Shown here: in pieces, positions 53,782-64,000 of the stretch
Layout: each line of letters starts with the position of its first letter
How positions within the stretch are numbered: the first letter of the stretch is position 1
DNA from: Blepharisma stoltei ATCC 30299
Taxonomy: Eukaryota; Protista; Ciliophora
Reading direction: 5' to 3'
Length of the DNA: 64,000 nt
NCBI GenBank assembly: GCA_965603825.1
Contig: CBFDEM010000003.1
Coordinates: 186,001-250,000, forward strand
Notes under the pieces: model-generated
Told to the model about the DNA's origin: nothing
The model's input: only the letters and a program-made list of their open reading frames with translations
Database searches by the model: none
Made by a program: the position numbers and the translations under genes

Positions 53782-56307
53782 ATGAAAAGTGATAAACCTA
53801 CCAGTATTCAGCTACTTTCAAGCAATTCCCAAGCTCTTCCAGTTAAAGAATTCTGCAAACAATGTGACGAAAACATCAAAATTTCTGAAAAAAACTTGAT
53901 TTTGCTGTTAAAGTTCAAAAACATCCTTAATGAAGAAACAGCTGATCTCGAATACAGCTCTCCTGATACCATTAAGATAAAACTTGACAACCAAATCGAA
54001 AAATCAAAGAAAAAGAAACTCTTCCAATATACAAACCTTAAAAAAGAATCAAGCCGCTTAAATGATCTTAAATTAGACCCCACAAGCTGCTTTATTTGGT
54101 TTATTGCTAACAAGCAAGAAATGAAAAATTTAGTCCCAGAAATCGAAGAAATCCGAATCAAAGAAGTTTGCTGCGAAATGACCTCAAAAAATAAAAATTG
54201 CCCTGATGGGAATTTCGGCCTAGGAAAAATTTTGGCACATGAAGGAAAATTCGATTTAGCCTTGCAGCATTTAAAATTAGCGACCGAACAAAATGAAAAC
54301 GAAAAGACTTATAAATTATGGTACGCTGTTATGCTTGTGCTAAACTTAGAAAACAAAGCACAAGCTGTAGACGCAAAAATGCTATGCTACCGTAAGAGAT
54401 AATTAGGATTACTTAAGGATGGCTATAAAACAATAGAAGTTTACTGGACACTTATGAAACTTGCATTAAGCGGGATTTTAAATGTGGGGACTGAAATAGA
54501 AAGTGCTGAACATTATGCGGTAAGAATTAAAGAAATTGATGACTATTATGGATTTTTAGCGTGGAGTGAAATTTCTCTAGCAAAACAGTCATCACGCAGT
54601 ATTGAAAGAGGGGAAAACATATTAAAAGAAATGATTAATTTAGCCCCAGAAAGACCTGAAGCTTATATTATGTTGTGGTCTTATTACTACAACAAAAAAG
54701 ACTACGAAAACGCTCTAGCTATCTGCGAAATAGGCTTTCTCAAATTGACAAATATTTCATGTGATTACTCTGTCCTTATTTCTTTAAAATACGCCAAAAG
54801 TCTTTTCAAGCAAGGCAAATTTTCAAGCTGTTTTGATCTGCTACAAATGGAATATTCTAAATTTCCTTTATTTATGATATTTGTATATGAATATGGCAAA
54901 CTTTGTGTAAAAACCCAAGACCCACACTTTATGGGCTCAGCTATAGGAGCTTTACTTGAATGCTTAAGAGGTTCCTCAGAAGACCGCTACGGACAAATTT
55001 ATTATTGGCTTTCTAAAGCTTATTTAATAGCAGGCGAAAAAATTGAGGCCTACGACTATATGAAAAAAGCACTTTCTTTATTAACGACTGGAATTGATAA
55101 AGGAGATATTGCGCAAGAAAGACTGAGTGAAACAAAAATTGCTGTGAAAGCTTCAGAGCTTAAAGAGCTGATGAGAGACATGCATGGCCAGATCGTAAAT
55201 TTGGACATTATTTCAAGAATCCTTGAAGGCGACACAGAAAACTGTAGATATGAAGAATGCAAAATTTACTGTAATGCTATAAGGGGGTTTGATAAAATAG
55301 AAGGAGATCTATGCGAAGCTAAGATTCTGTGAAAGCTTGGGAGAAAAGATGAAGCTATGCAATTGCTCTATAATGATTTGACAACTCAGAGCTTCAGCAT
55401 GAAAATTCATTTCCAAGTCATTGAGCTTTGGAAATTAGAAAAAAATTATGAAGAAATTTTGAAAATTTCGAAATTAATTGTGAATTATTGCAAACAGGTT
55501 AGCGTGCCAGTTCAGCTGTGGGTGAAAATTAACACGATTTATGGGAAAGCGCTTGAGAAATGCGGGAAAGTTGATAAAGCTATAGTGATTTACAAAAGCT
55601 TAGCAAAGTTGCAGCCAAAGCTGTATATACCGGATGTAGACTATACAAAAGATTTGCAGACAGCTACTACAAAAGAAGATTTGAAATCTCCCGCGAAGCC
55701 AAGAAAAAGGATTGTTAATAGAAAAAGTATTGGGTATAGTGAAGCTTGTCTTGATTTTGACGCAAGAAGAGCACAGCTGATTGCCTCTAAAAAAAATCTA
55801 AGCACGATGGTTGCAAGTGAAGATATAGAAAATGATATATCAACATCTTATAGTGTTGAGTCACATCAGAAACAAATTGACTACGATCAATTAGAAACAT
55901 CAGAGTCTCCCCGCACAAATCCTTTTGCAAGGGCTCGAACTGGATTTGAAACAATAAAATGGTTTTCAGTTACAACAGATTATTTTTTCTTATACAAAAT
56001 TGGCAAGTTATCAGCCAAGCACGAAGTTTATACACAAGATGGCTTTTTTGCTCTGCACGATTTTTTGAATTTCCACCATTACTGGATGAGGGCAGGAGTT
56101 GAAGCTGATGAAGATCTCAGAGTTAAAGCTTTATTTTGGCTTGGAATTATTTGCCATCAGCTTGAAGACTATCAGCAAGCTTACTTGATTTTCATAGAAA
56201 TTATGAGCATGCTATTTCAGCTTGGGAAGGTTGAAATGAGTGAAAGAATTCAGACTTGTTTTAGACATTATGAATCTTTAGGAATAAAACCAGTTAATAA
56301 CCTTTAA
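53782..56307 (+). CDS. TPR-repeat protein
   Basis: Three fragments joined by intron 54392-54406 (GTAAGAGATAATTAG) and TGA=W at 55330; TPR consensus e.g. LGKILAHEGKFDLALQHLKLA. Confidence 0.8.
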
Positions 56308-56322
56308 AATTCCACAATTAAT

Positions 56323-58311
56323 TTATCTATCAAGCCTCACTACTCTTTTTCCTCTTGCTTTAAAATCACCTTCATCATATGCCATTTTTCCTCTTACGTA
56401 CACATAATGGATTTTCCCTAGCATCTCCATCCCCACAAAAGGTGACACTTTTTCGTATTCCGGGTTTTCTTCTTTCGCCTTAAATCTTTCATAAGGTGCC
56501 CATATAATTAAATCTGCATATTTATTTTTCTCAATGCTTCCTCTCGAATCGTGGATATTTAAAATTTTCGCTGGGTGTAAACTAAGCCATTTGGCCATTC
56601 TTACGATATAATGATCAAGTTGTGTAGTTGTTGATACTGGGACATTAAGCATCGTTCAAATAGCTTGTAGTGTGAATCCTAAAGCACAGATCCCATTTAA
56701 TGCTTTTTGAAAATTCCCAGAATCAAGCGCCTTATATTCTGCTTTAATAAAAGCATGCTGAGAACTTATAGAATCGATTCCTTTCATTTTTAATAAGTCT
56801 CATAATAAAATAAAATTCGATTTGTTTCTTATTGGGGAAGAGTCTTTAAATCGTGTGTCGCCATCTCGTATTGCAGAATGAGTAAAGCTCAATTTAGACG
56901 CAGAAATCTCGCAGGTTAAGCAATTGAAGCTTCCTTTTACTTGACGGATTCGGTTAAGTGCAGCTGCGGAGGAAAGATTTGTAACGTGGACCGGACAAGT
57001 CACTTTTTTTAGGCTTTGAATAATTTTTTCAACTCCTGTAAGCTCCCAGTGTTCAGGATAGTTAGCTAAATGATTGATATAAATGCATTCCTTCACGGGA
57101 TTTTGTTCCATTTTTGTAGCTAGCGGTGGAGGTCTATTGCCTCGAATTCTTCTTTCATATAAAGATTGTGGCTTAGGACTTGAGAGCTCAGATGCAGGAT
57201 AGCTAGAATCGCTGTCGTCAATGTTATTTATAAGGATCCCAGAAAATGACTCACTTCTTAGTTTTTTTACAGGTGATAATGATTCTACTTGTGCTGAGCT
57301 TGAATATTGATAAGTTGACTGCTCAGCCAAACTCAGGTTTTCTATATTAAAATAGCTCTCTTTAATCCTTGCATTTAAATCGTCAAAAATTGTTCGTGAT
57401 TTTAGTTTCAAAATTTTCTGAGGACTTTGTTCTTCATCTACTTCACAAATTTCTGGGATTGGCAGCTCAATTGTAGGAGATTTCGAAATTTCATTTATAT
57501 GAAAAGTATCAGAAGGCCTTCTTTCTTGGAAAGAAACTTCAGGTCTGTTATCTTCAGCTGATAGCGCTCTTTTTATTGTTCCTTGAGGCTTTTGAACATT
57601 AATAGTTTCTGGCTTGTCCTCTTCTTCGTCTTCCTCTTCGGATTCTATAGCATCTGGAAAGGCTCCGGCAAAAATTTTAAGGGTACTTACACTTCCAGGT
57701 TTTCTTCTTTTCTCAATACTTTCAAGTCGCAGTGGAGATGCTACATATAGCATCCTTGGATCTGGCAATGTAGGGTCAATTAGTAAAACCATTCCAGTTT
57801 TGGCAATTTCTTTAAATATTCCTTCTAAGTTTGTAGGGATGCACTGCATAGATAAACTGGGTGGAAATAAATAACCCTTAACGGCAAAGCAGCCTTCTTC
57901 AGCATATGATGGAATATTTTCAATATTGGAAACCTCAATAGTTCCAACTTTTCCGACGTCACAATAAAGTTGTCCGGTGGGTGGCTGGTCGATATAATAT
58001 CCAGGCTCTTCTAATAAAAAGCAGGTTCCACCAGAAACAGCAGCTTTGGTCATCGCTGAGTAATCGTCCCACTCTCTTCTTACACAAAGATCAATAATTC
58101 CTGGAGAAATATAAAAATCTTCGTAATTGACTGGGTTTCACTCTGAATATTTTTCTGCTAAAGCGTAAGGAGGTATGTTTTCATCAACCAATATAACATC
58201 ATAAATCAATTCGCCTTCTATAAGAATAATTCCATACATTGGCTTGCTTGCGTGATATTGGGAAAAGCTACAAAGGACTATGTGCTTGCTTATGAGTGCC
58301 TTTTTCCCCAT
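56323..58311 (-). CDS. Allantoinase/dihydroorotase-like amidohydrolase homologue, apparently catalytically inactive, with large insert
   Basis: ISPGIID..TKAAVSGG..; FKDSSPIR..N..LLW; PAKIL..RGSI..KYADLIIW..SPFVG..LGKI..VRGK; HxH and catalytic Asp absent. Confidence 0.8.
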
Positions 58312-58554
58312 TATATTATATCGAACTAACCGATGTGTAAATTTATTATCTCTCCCTTTTTAGATCTAACAAATGTACGGTGCTCTTTATATTAAGTTTT
58401 AACCTCAAGGAAAATCTCTAAGTAAATTTGGCTCATTAGGGCAATAAATATGCTTAATTATGAAGACTATTAAATGCCAAGACCTCAAATACTACCATGT
58501 TTGTGAAAATCAGTTTCATTCACAATTAAATTAATTTATTAGTTAAAACTTAGC

Positions 58555-59274
58555 TTACAGTGAATGCTTTCGGGATGTTAGATCTCGGTCCCCAAAATTT
58601 TTACATAAATCTTTATTTTTTTCCTTTATGAATATGCGCCTTCTATATATATTTGAAATTTCTTGGGTATTAATCGGTTTTATTGCTGCCTTTTTGATTT
58701 TTCTTTTAGATTTCTGCTCATTTCTCTCAGTTTTATTTTCATCAATTATTGTCTTTCCCTTGAGTAATTGTCTTGGAGTTATTGCAGCTAATTTCGGCTT
58801 TAATAATTTTGCATCAAAAACAAAAGGATTTGGCAAAGGGTTGATTTTTGAGAATGTTTTTTTCCAAGATATATCATTAGGACTATTGAAAATTTCTCTG
58901 CAAGTTTGTATAGACAATAAGCTTCCATTATTTTTATCTTCTTGCATAGATTCATTTGATTCAAAAATTCTAGGAGATTTAATCTCACTATTTTTTATAC
59001 TTTTTCCCTCAATGCGTTGCAGCTCAAATTTATTATCTTTTTTAATCACTATGCGTGGCTTATGCGAAATTGACTGGTTGGCATCAAGAAAATTTTGAGC
59101 AGGGCTTATTATTTTAGGTAAAGATTGAGAGGTCTGAAGACTATAATTTTGAGTGATTGATTCTTGAGAATTGCATAAGGAGATATTACTTTTAGCGCAC
59201 ACAGTCTTTCGATGAGATTTTGGCTTGCAACTTCTGAATATTGATGTTAAGCATCCTGATGAGCGAGTTGACAT
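58555..59274 (-). CDS. Hypothetical basic low-complexity protein (239 aa)
   Basis: Uninterrupted ORF ending TAA; no motif recognised. Confidence 0.6.
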   Translation of the reverse strand: MSTRSSGCLTSIFRSCKPKSHRKTVCAKSNISLCNSQESITQNYSLQTSQSLPKIISPAQNFLDANQSISHKPRIVIKKDNKFELQRIEGKSIKNSEIKSPRIFESNESMQEDKNNGSLLSIQTCREIFNSPNDISWKKTFSKINPLPNPFVFDAKLLKPKLAAITPRQLLKGKTIIDENKTERNEQKSKRKIKKAAIKPINTQEISNIYRRRIFIKEKNKDLCKNFGDRDLTSRKHSL

Positions 59275-59352
59275 TTTATTTATACGCTAATTTGGATATT
59301 TGATTGGGACAAATAAAATTATAGATAATTTTTATTAAATAGTTGAAATTAG

Positions 59353-60870
59353 TTATGAAGTCAAGGTTAAGATTTCTTGATGGGCTTCAGGAGATCGGGG
59401 CTTTTGACAAACTGAGCAAATGAATAACTTGAGAGAATTTTGAAAGTTGCAGGAGTTGCATGTTCAAGTGAGCTTCGACCTTAATGGCTGAATTTTTCTT
59501 GGGATTTGATTAGAATCATCAATACTGTTTGAAGTTGAAGTTCAGGAATATTTTCCATTTTTCGACCTTATATATTCAGATTTTACACTATTTGTTTGCT
59601 TTTCCGGAATAAATTTAGAGAATAAATTATCTCTTTCATCTATTATTTTTCTATTTGGAAACGCTTCTTTATTTTCCTTAAAATCTAAAGATTCTTTCTC
59701 TTCAAATCCTTCTACTGATCTATTTCTATACGGAAAGTTATCAACGCTCTTATTTGGTAAATTTATATTTTTTTCTTTATTTTTAATTTCATAAAATTTG
59801 TTCCAGTCAACTGCTCTGCATTCCGAGCATCTATATTCATTATGCTTTATTAAATTCAGACATTGCTTGCATCTAAACTCAGATTTACTTTCGCTCAAAT
59901 TGCTTCTCTCATCAATATATGATTTAAAAGATTTTTCACGATTAATTCTCTCAATTCATAATCTAGTATCACTTTCAACTTGTTCTCCAGCGAATTTAGA
60001 GTATCTTTTCAGTTTATCTCAATCAATTTCTGTCATATTTTTATTAATTTCTTTGTAATTCTCATTTTTCTCATAGATCACTAATATAGGATACATAATT
60101 CTATTAGCCAAAATTCATGCTACTTCTAGTCATCTAAGGTTTTTCTTATAGCCAAATTCCTCAAATAATATCCACTTATCATTAATTCGAACAAATGAAT
60201 AATAAAAGCAGCCATTAAAGGCAATAAAACTTTTCAAGCTATAAACCCTGCGATGCTGAATCTCCAAAGGAATATATCGTAAAATGGTTGCTATGCTTTC
60301 GGTTGAGGGTCTTTTATTCCAATCAATTTGAAAAAATAGAATAGAAGAAGTTTCTAAGGTTCCAAGCTCTTCTTCTATACAAAATAGTCAGTCTTCAGAG
60401 CTTTTTAATCGTGAAGAGAGGAGCTTAAAAGTTACAGCTCCTTTTATATCAAATGAAAATATAGAGCCAGGCCTATTGGAGTGCTCGGGATATCTAATAG
60501 TTTGTAGCCTAGCAATAATAAATTCTAATAGTTGAATTGGAGATGCACCAAAGCGGGTAAGATCTTTTGGGATAAATGCACATAATGAATCGAGCAGGAG
60601 TGGACCTGGAATCTTGCTGGGATACTTATATTTATACAATAAGCTCTAAATTATAGTTGCCTTAATTTTATCTTCTAGTGTTTGTTCGTCGCAATTTAAT
60701 CCCAAGAAATAATCAGCCGCATGATCAATTACAAATAAAGCTTGAAATAGACTTGTAATTGTTGAGAATTCTATATTATTTCCAATTGTGAACATAATTA
60801 ACCCGTCAATATCTTTTTCTTCGCATATGCTTATCTCTTGATTATTTATCATGAAGTCCTTTCTGCTCAT
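59353..60870 (-). CDS. Degenerate USP53/54-like (peptidase C19 fold) protein with zinc fingers, including a C-terminal RanBP2-type finger
   Basis: One frame after a GC-AG intron 60646-60660 and TGA=W; YSLKSFIAF..YYSFV..KWILFEE..W.EV..YPILVIY; W(TGA)TCNSCNFQN..ICSVCQKP. Confidence 0.65.
60646..60660 (-). other. 15-nt GC-AG intron
   Basis: GCAACTATAATTTAG; removes in-frame TAG; A at position 10; no nearby GT alternative. Confidence 0.65.
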
Positions 60871-61525
60871 TTAAATTAAATATTTACTCTTTTGGGTCTA
60901 AAATTTCGCATTTATCATAATTAAGAAGCTTTTAAAATAATATTTTTTAGAAATGATTATAAAATTGTTAGGTGTTATTCAAAGTATAAAATTTTGAAAG
61001 AATAATTTTAATTATCTCATAAGCGTCAATTATCATTACAACCAAAGCAATCTATGTAATTGCAATTAAATAAATTATAATTAAAGTAAGTGGCAAAATC
61101 ATCTAATATTTTGTGTAAATAATAAGTATTGAATAAGTCTAGCTACATATGTCTTATTAAATCATCTTTATCAATTTTTCAACAAATTCTTAATTATTAA
61201 ATTTTAACTATTATCCATTAATTTTATTTTAATTTTCTGGTAAGATCCATAGCTCTTATATTTATTCTCTAAATTATAATCAAAGACTAATCATCATTGA
61301 TTTCACTTTCTCGTTAACATATTTATTGATTTAATCTGAAAAGCGAAAGTAAAAATTTTTGTTGAATTATAATTAAATCAGGAATAAATAGCAATTAAAT
61401 TAATTGCATTTCCAATATTTAGCTCTTTGCTACTAATAAATCTGAAGATATAATTTAATTATCATTTATTAATCTATTTATTCCAATAATACCAAATAAG
61501 TGGATAATATAAATCATAAATCAGT

Positions 61526-61936
61526 ATGGACAAGAAAGCGGTAATATATGCAAAAGCGCGAGCCAAGGCATATCTGGAGAAAAACATTCTCCATAAAGCT
61601 ATGAGAATCTACAAACTCATACTAAAAAAAGTTCCTGATGATTATGACTCCAACAATAACTTAGGAATAATCTATGCTGAAACATTTATGCCTGTGGATG
61701 CATTTAGGCATTTTTTTAGAGCTATCGCAGCCCAAAAGGTTAAAGGCGAAGCTTGAATAAACATGGGAGTCGTTTTCGAGAGATTCGGAAAATTAAATGA
61801 AGCAAAAATTGCCTATGAAACCGCATTTTTATTGAAAGGCACTGAAGAAGCAGCTAAAGATAAAATTGAAAAAATAGGCACTGTGAAAAAAAGTTTAATT
61901 TCTTTTGTCCAGTCAGCATCAGACCTAGTACTTTAA
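61526..61936 (+). CDS. Small TPR protein (136 aa)
   Basis: NNLGIIY..DAFRHFFRAI; EAW(TGA)INMGVVFERFGKLNEAKIAYETA. Confidence 0.8.
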
Positions 61937-62688
61937 ATAATACAATTATCAAATAAATTTAAAAGCAAAGAATTCTTATAATATACTTAGATTTGAATTT
62001 TGGTGGATATAAAATAAATAGATATAATACTTCAGAAAAATAATTTAAAATTAATTTTAAAATTCCTAACAGATAGGTATGCTGCCTAGCTTTGTGGCAT
62101 CAATTATTTTTCTTGTTTTCTGAAATATTTTAGCAGCTTTCTGCTCAGACGCTATGTTGAATTGAAACAAAATATCTTAAAAAATGGAATTTGAAGAATC
62201 AAAATTTGAGTATTAACTAAATCAAAACAATTTATAATGAACTTCTCGAAATAAAGTTAATATTTTTGTCATTAATTTTTGATATATTAGCCTGCTATTA
62301 GTGTTAATCATAGCAGATTTTGCTAGTCTAAGTATTTATACAGTCTTAATAAATTTTGCATTATTTATCTTTTGTCTGATTTGAATGAAATGGTTTCTAA
62401 CGATTTATACTAATGAAAGGAATTATTTACATTGCCTCAAATATTATAAAATTAATATTTTAATATCTAAAAGATACAAATATTTTTATTTTTCATTGAG
62501 TTTATATCTATTTTTAAATTTTTACTCAATATTTTTAAGATCATTTTATTTTTTTCTAGAAAACCGAGCTAATTTAACATATTCTTATAATTTTAATTTT
62601 ATTACAATCTTATTTATTTTATTTTCTAAAATCATAATATCAACTAATATCTCTCATTTAGCAGTTGGCTGCCGTATTCCTATTCTTT

Positions 62689-64000
62689 ATGATGGAAGAC
62701 AATTATAAAATTATCCAAAACATGAACAATGAAGCAGCCAATATTCTTGAGAACTCAGTTACCAATGCATTGCTCTGTAAATCAAGCGAGAAAAAATCTT
62801 TAGAATGCTTAAGCTATACAGAAAAACTCGAATATCTCTTAGAGATCCGAAAAAACGCAGCTACATTTATACAAGTCCAATATAGATTCAGGAGAATGAA
62901 AAGAAGTGCGAAGTTTAACTTGATGGTTTTAAGGGTCATGAAAGCCCGAAAAGCAGCCGCAAAGATGATCCAAAAATACATCAGAGGGTGACTAGTTCGG
63001 AACGACCTAAAATTTATTAAAGGAATCGACCAAAAAAAGTTCATTGTTTGGAGACACAGTGGAAAAGATGTAAGTTTGATAGGGAGTTTTACAACACCTC
63101 CATGGGAGGAGGAAATCAAATTAAAATATTCCAAATCTCTTGGGAAATTCATAACCACAATATTATATGACAGACAAATTAAGGCAGGCACATATTGCAT
63201 TAAATTTATTGTTGATGGGGCTATGGTATGCAATGGAGATTTGGCAGTCTCACAAGATATTTCAGGAAATTACAACAATGTAATTGGGGTTAATGACGAT
63301 GCAAAAAAACTATCAAGGTCAATTAGTGTCAGATCTTTCATGGGTATGGGAGCTGTTGATAGTGAGCTATCTAAGCATATAGTAACTCAGGATTCTCAGT
63401 CTCCTATCCTATTGACAAGATCTTTAAGTGGAAATCTAGATTCTCCAAGAGGATTTGGGGTTGTTGAAGACAAAAAATCAAAATCCCCGATATACCTTAT
63501 AATGAGTGGATCAATGGCTGCAAAATCTAAAAAGAAATCAGCACCACTTACAAGCCAAGGAAGTGCAGATGCTTATTTCATCAATGAAGAACTGCAATCA
63601 TTTGGAGTCGCAGATGGAGTTGGTGAATGGGCTACATACGGCTTGGACGCGAGCAGGTTTTCAAAAGAATTAATAAGATATTGTGAACAAGTTTTAATTG
63701 AAACTTTACAGTCTGAATGGCCCAGCATTGAATTTTGTGACTTACTAGAGCAAGTTGTTTGAGAAGCTTACCGAAGAATAGTCTCCTATGGCAGCAGTAC
63801 TCTTCTTTTGGCAATCTGCCGAGACTCATTTTTGTATTCTTTATCTCTTGGAGACTCAAGCTTCATTGTCTTAAGACCTCGAGATGGCTGTAAAGCCCTT
63901 TCTGCAGTCTATCGATCAGTAGAGCAGCAGCACTCCTTTAATTGCCCATACCAGCTAGCAAACCTCCCAAAGCAAAATAAGTACCAAGAATTAATAGACA
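62689..64000 (+). CDS. IQ motif + AMPK-beta-type CBM48 + PTC7-type PP2C phosphatase (3' partial)
   Basis: AATFIQVQYR, AAKMIQKYIRGW(TGA)LVR; W..SGKDVSLIGSFTTPPW..KFIVDG..GNYNNVI; DAYF..GVADGVGEW..GSST..LGDSSF..EQQHSFNCPYQL. Confidence 0.85.

Noticed and set aside
60871-62688. Very AT-rich spacers and the 62385-62708 ORF as possible retained IES/MITE or gene
   Set aside because: No terminal inverted repeats or transposase remnants recognised; the ORF is low-complexity F/Y/I/L typical of AT-rich noncoding DNA
1-64000. TGA as selenocysteine or Cys (Euplotes-type), or a Mycoplasma/mitochondrial table-4 genome
   Set aside because: TGA aligns with Trp, not Cys; gene content is nuclear eukaryotic with spliceosomal introns

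Overview
Eukaryotic, AT-rich, very gene-dense DNA that reads as macronuclear sequence of a heterotrich ciliate, most likely Blepharisma. In-frame TGA sits at invariant Trp positions (PP1, ALG3, B9D1, an IQ motif, a RanBP2 finger, and a TGA/TGG pair in tandem paralogues). Every complete gene I reconstructed ends in TAA or TAG. Genes are interrupted by 15-16 nt spliceosomal introns with a fixed A at position 10/11. The supplied standard-code ORF track therefore fragments most genes. With TGA=Trp and the tiny introns removed I rebuilt about 42 genes. These include housekeeping genes (MetRS, PP1, ALG3, UTP23, eIF2D, BPNT1, IMMP1L, HIBCH, copine), chromatin readers (bromo-ET, PHD-DDT-WHIM), ciliary/centriolar genes (HAUS1-, B9D1-, TEDC1-, 2x CFAP77-, JHY-, CCDC162-like) and an EST1-TPR+NYN SMG6L-type NMD nuclease. 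The most novel-looking items are unusual fusions and pseudoenzymes: helical-GOLD-ROK-like; MDH1B/PPIL6-N domain plus a degenerate Ap4A phosphorylase; IQ-CBM48-PTC7 phosphatase; a catalytically dead allantoinase with a ~230-aa insert; and an HNH-like orphan. Also notable are a hidden TGA-rich multipass membrane gene, a GC-AG 15-nt intron and strongly gene-specific TGA vs TGG use. No tRNA, rRNA, CRISPR or transposon was recognised. All family calls come from motif recognition by eye, not database searches.
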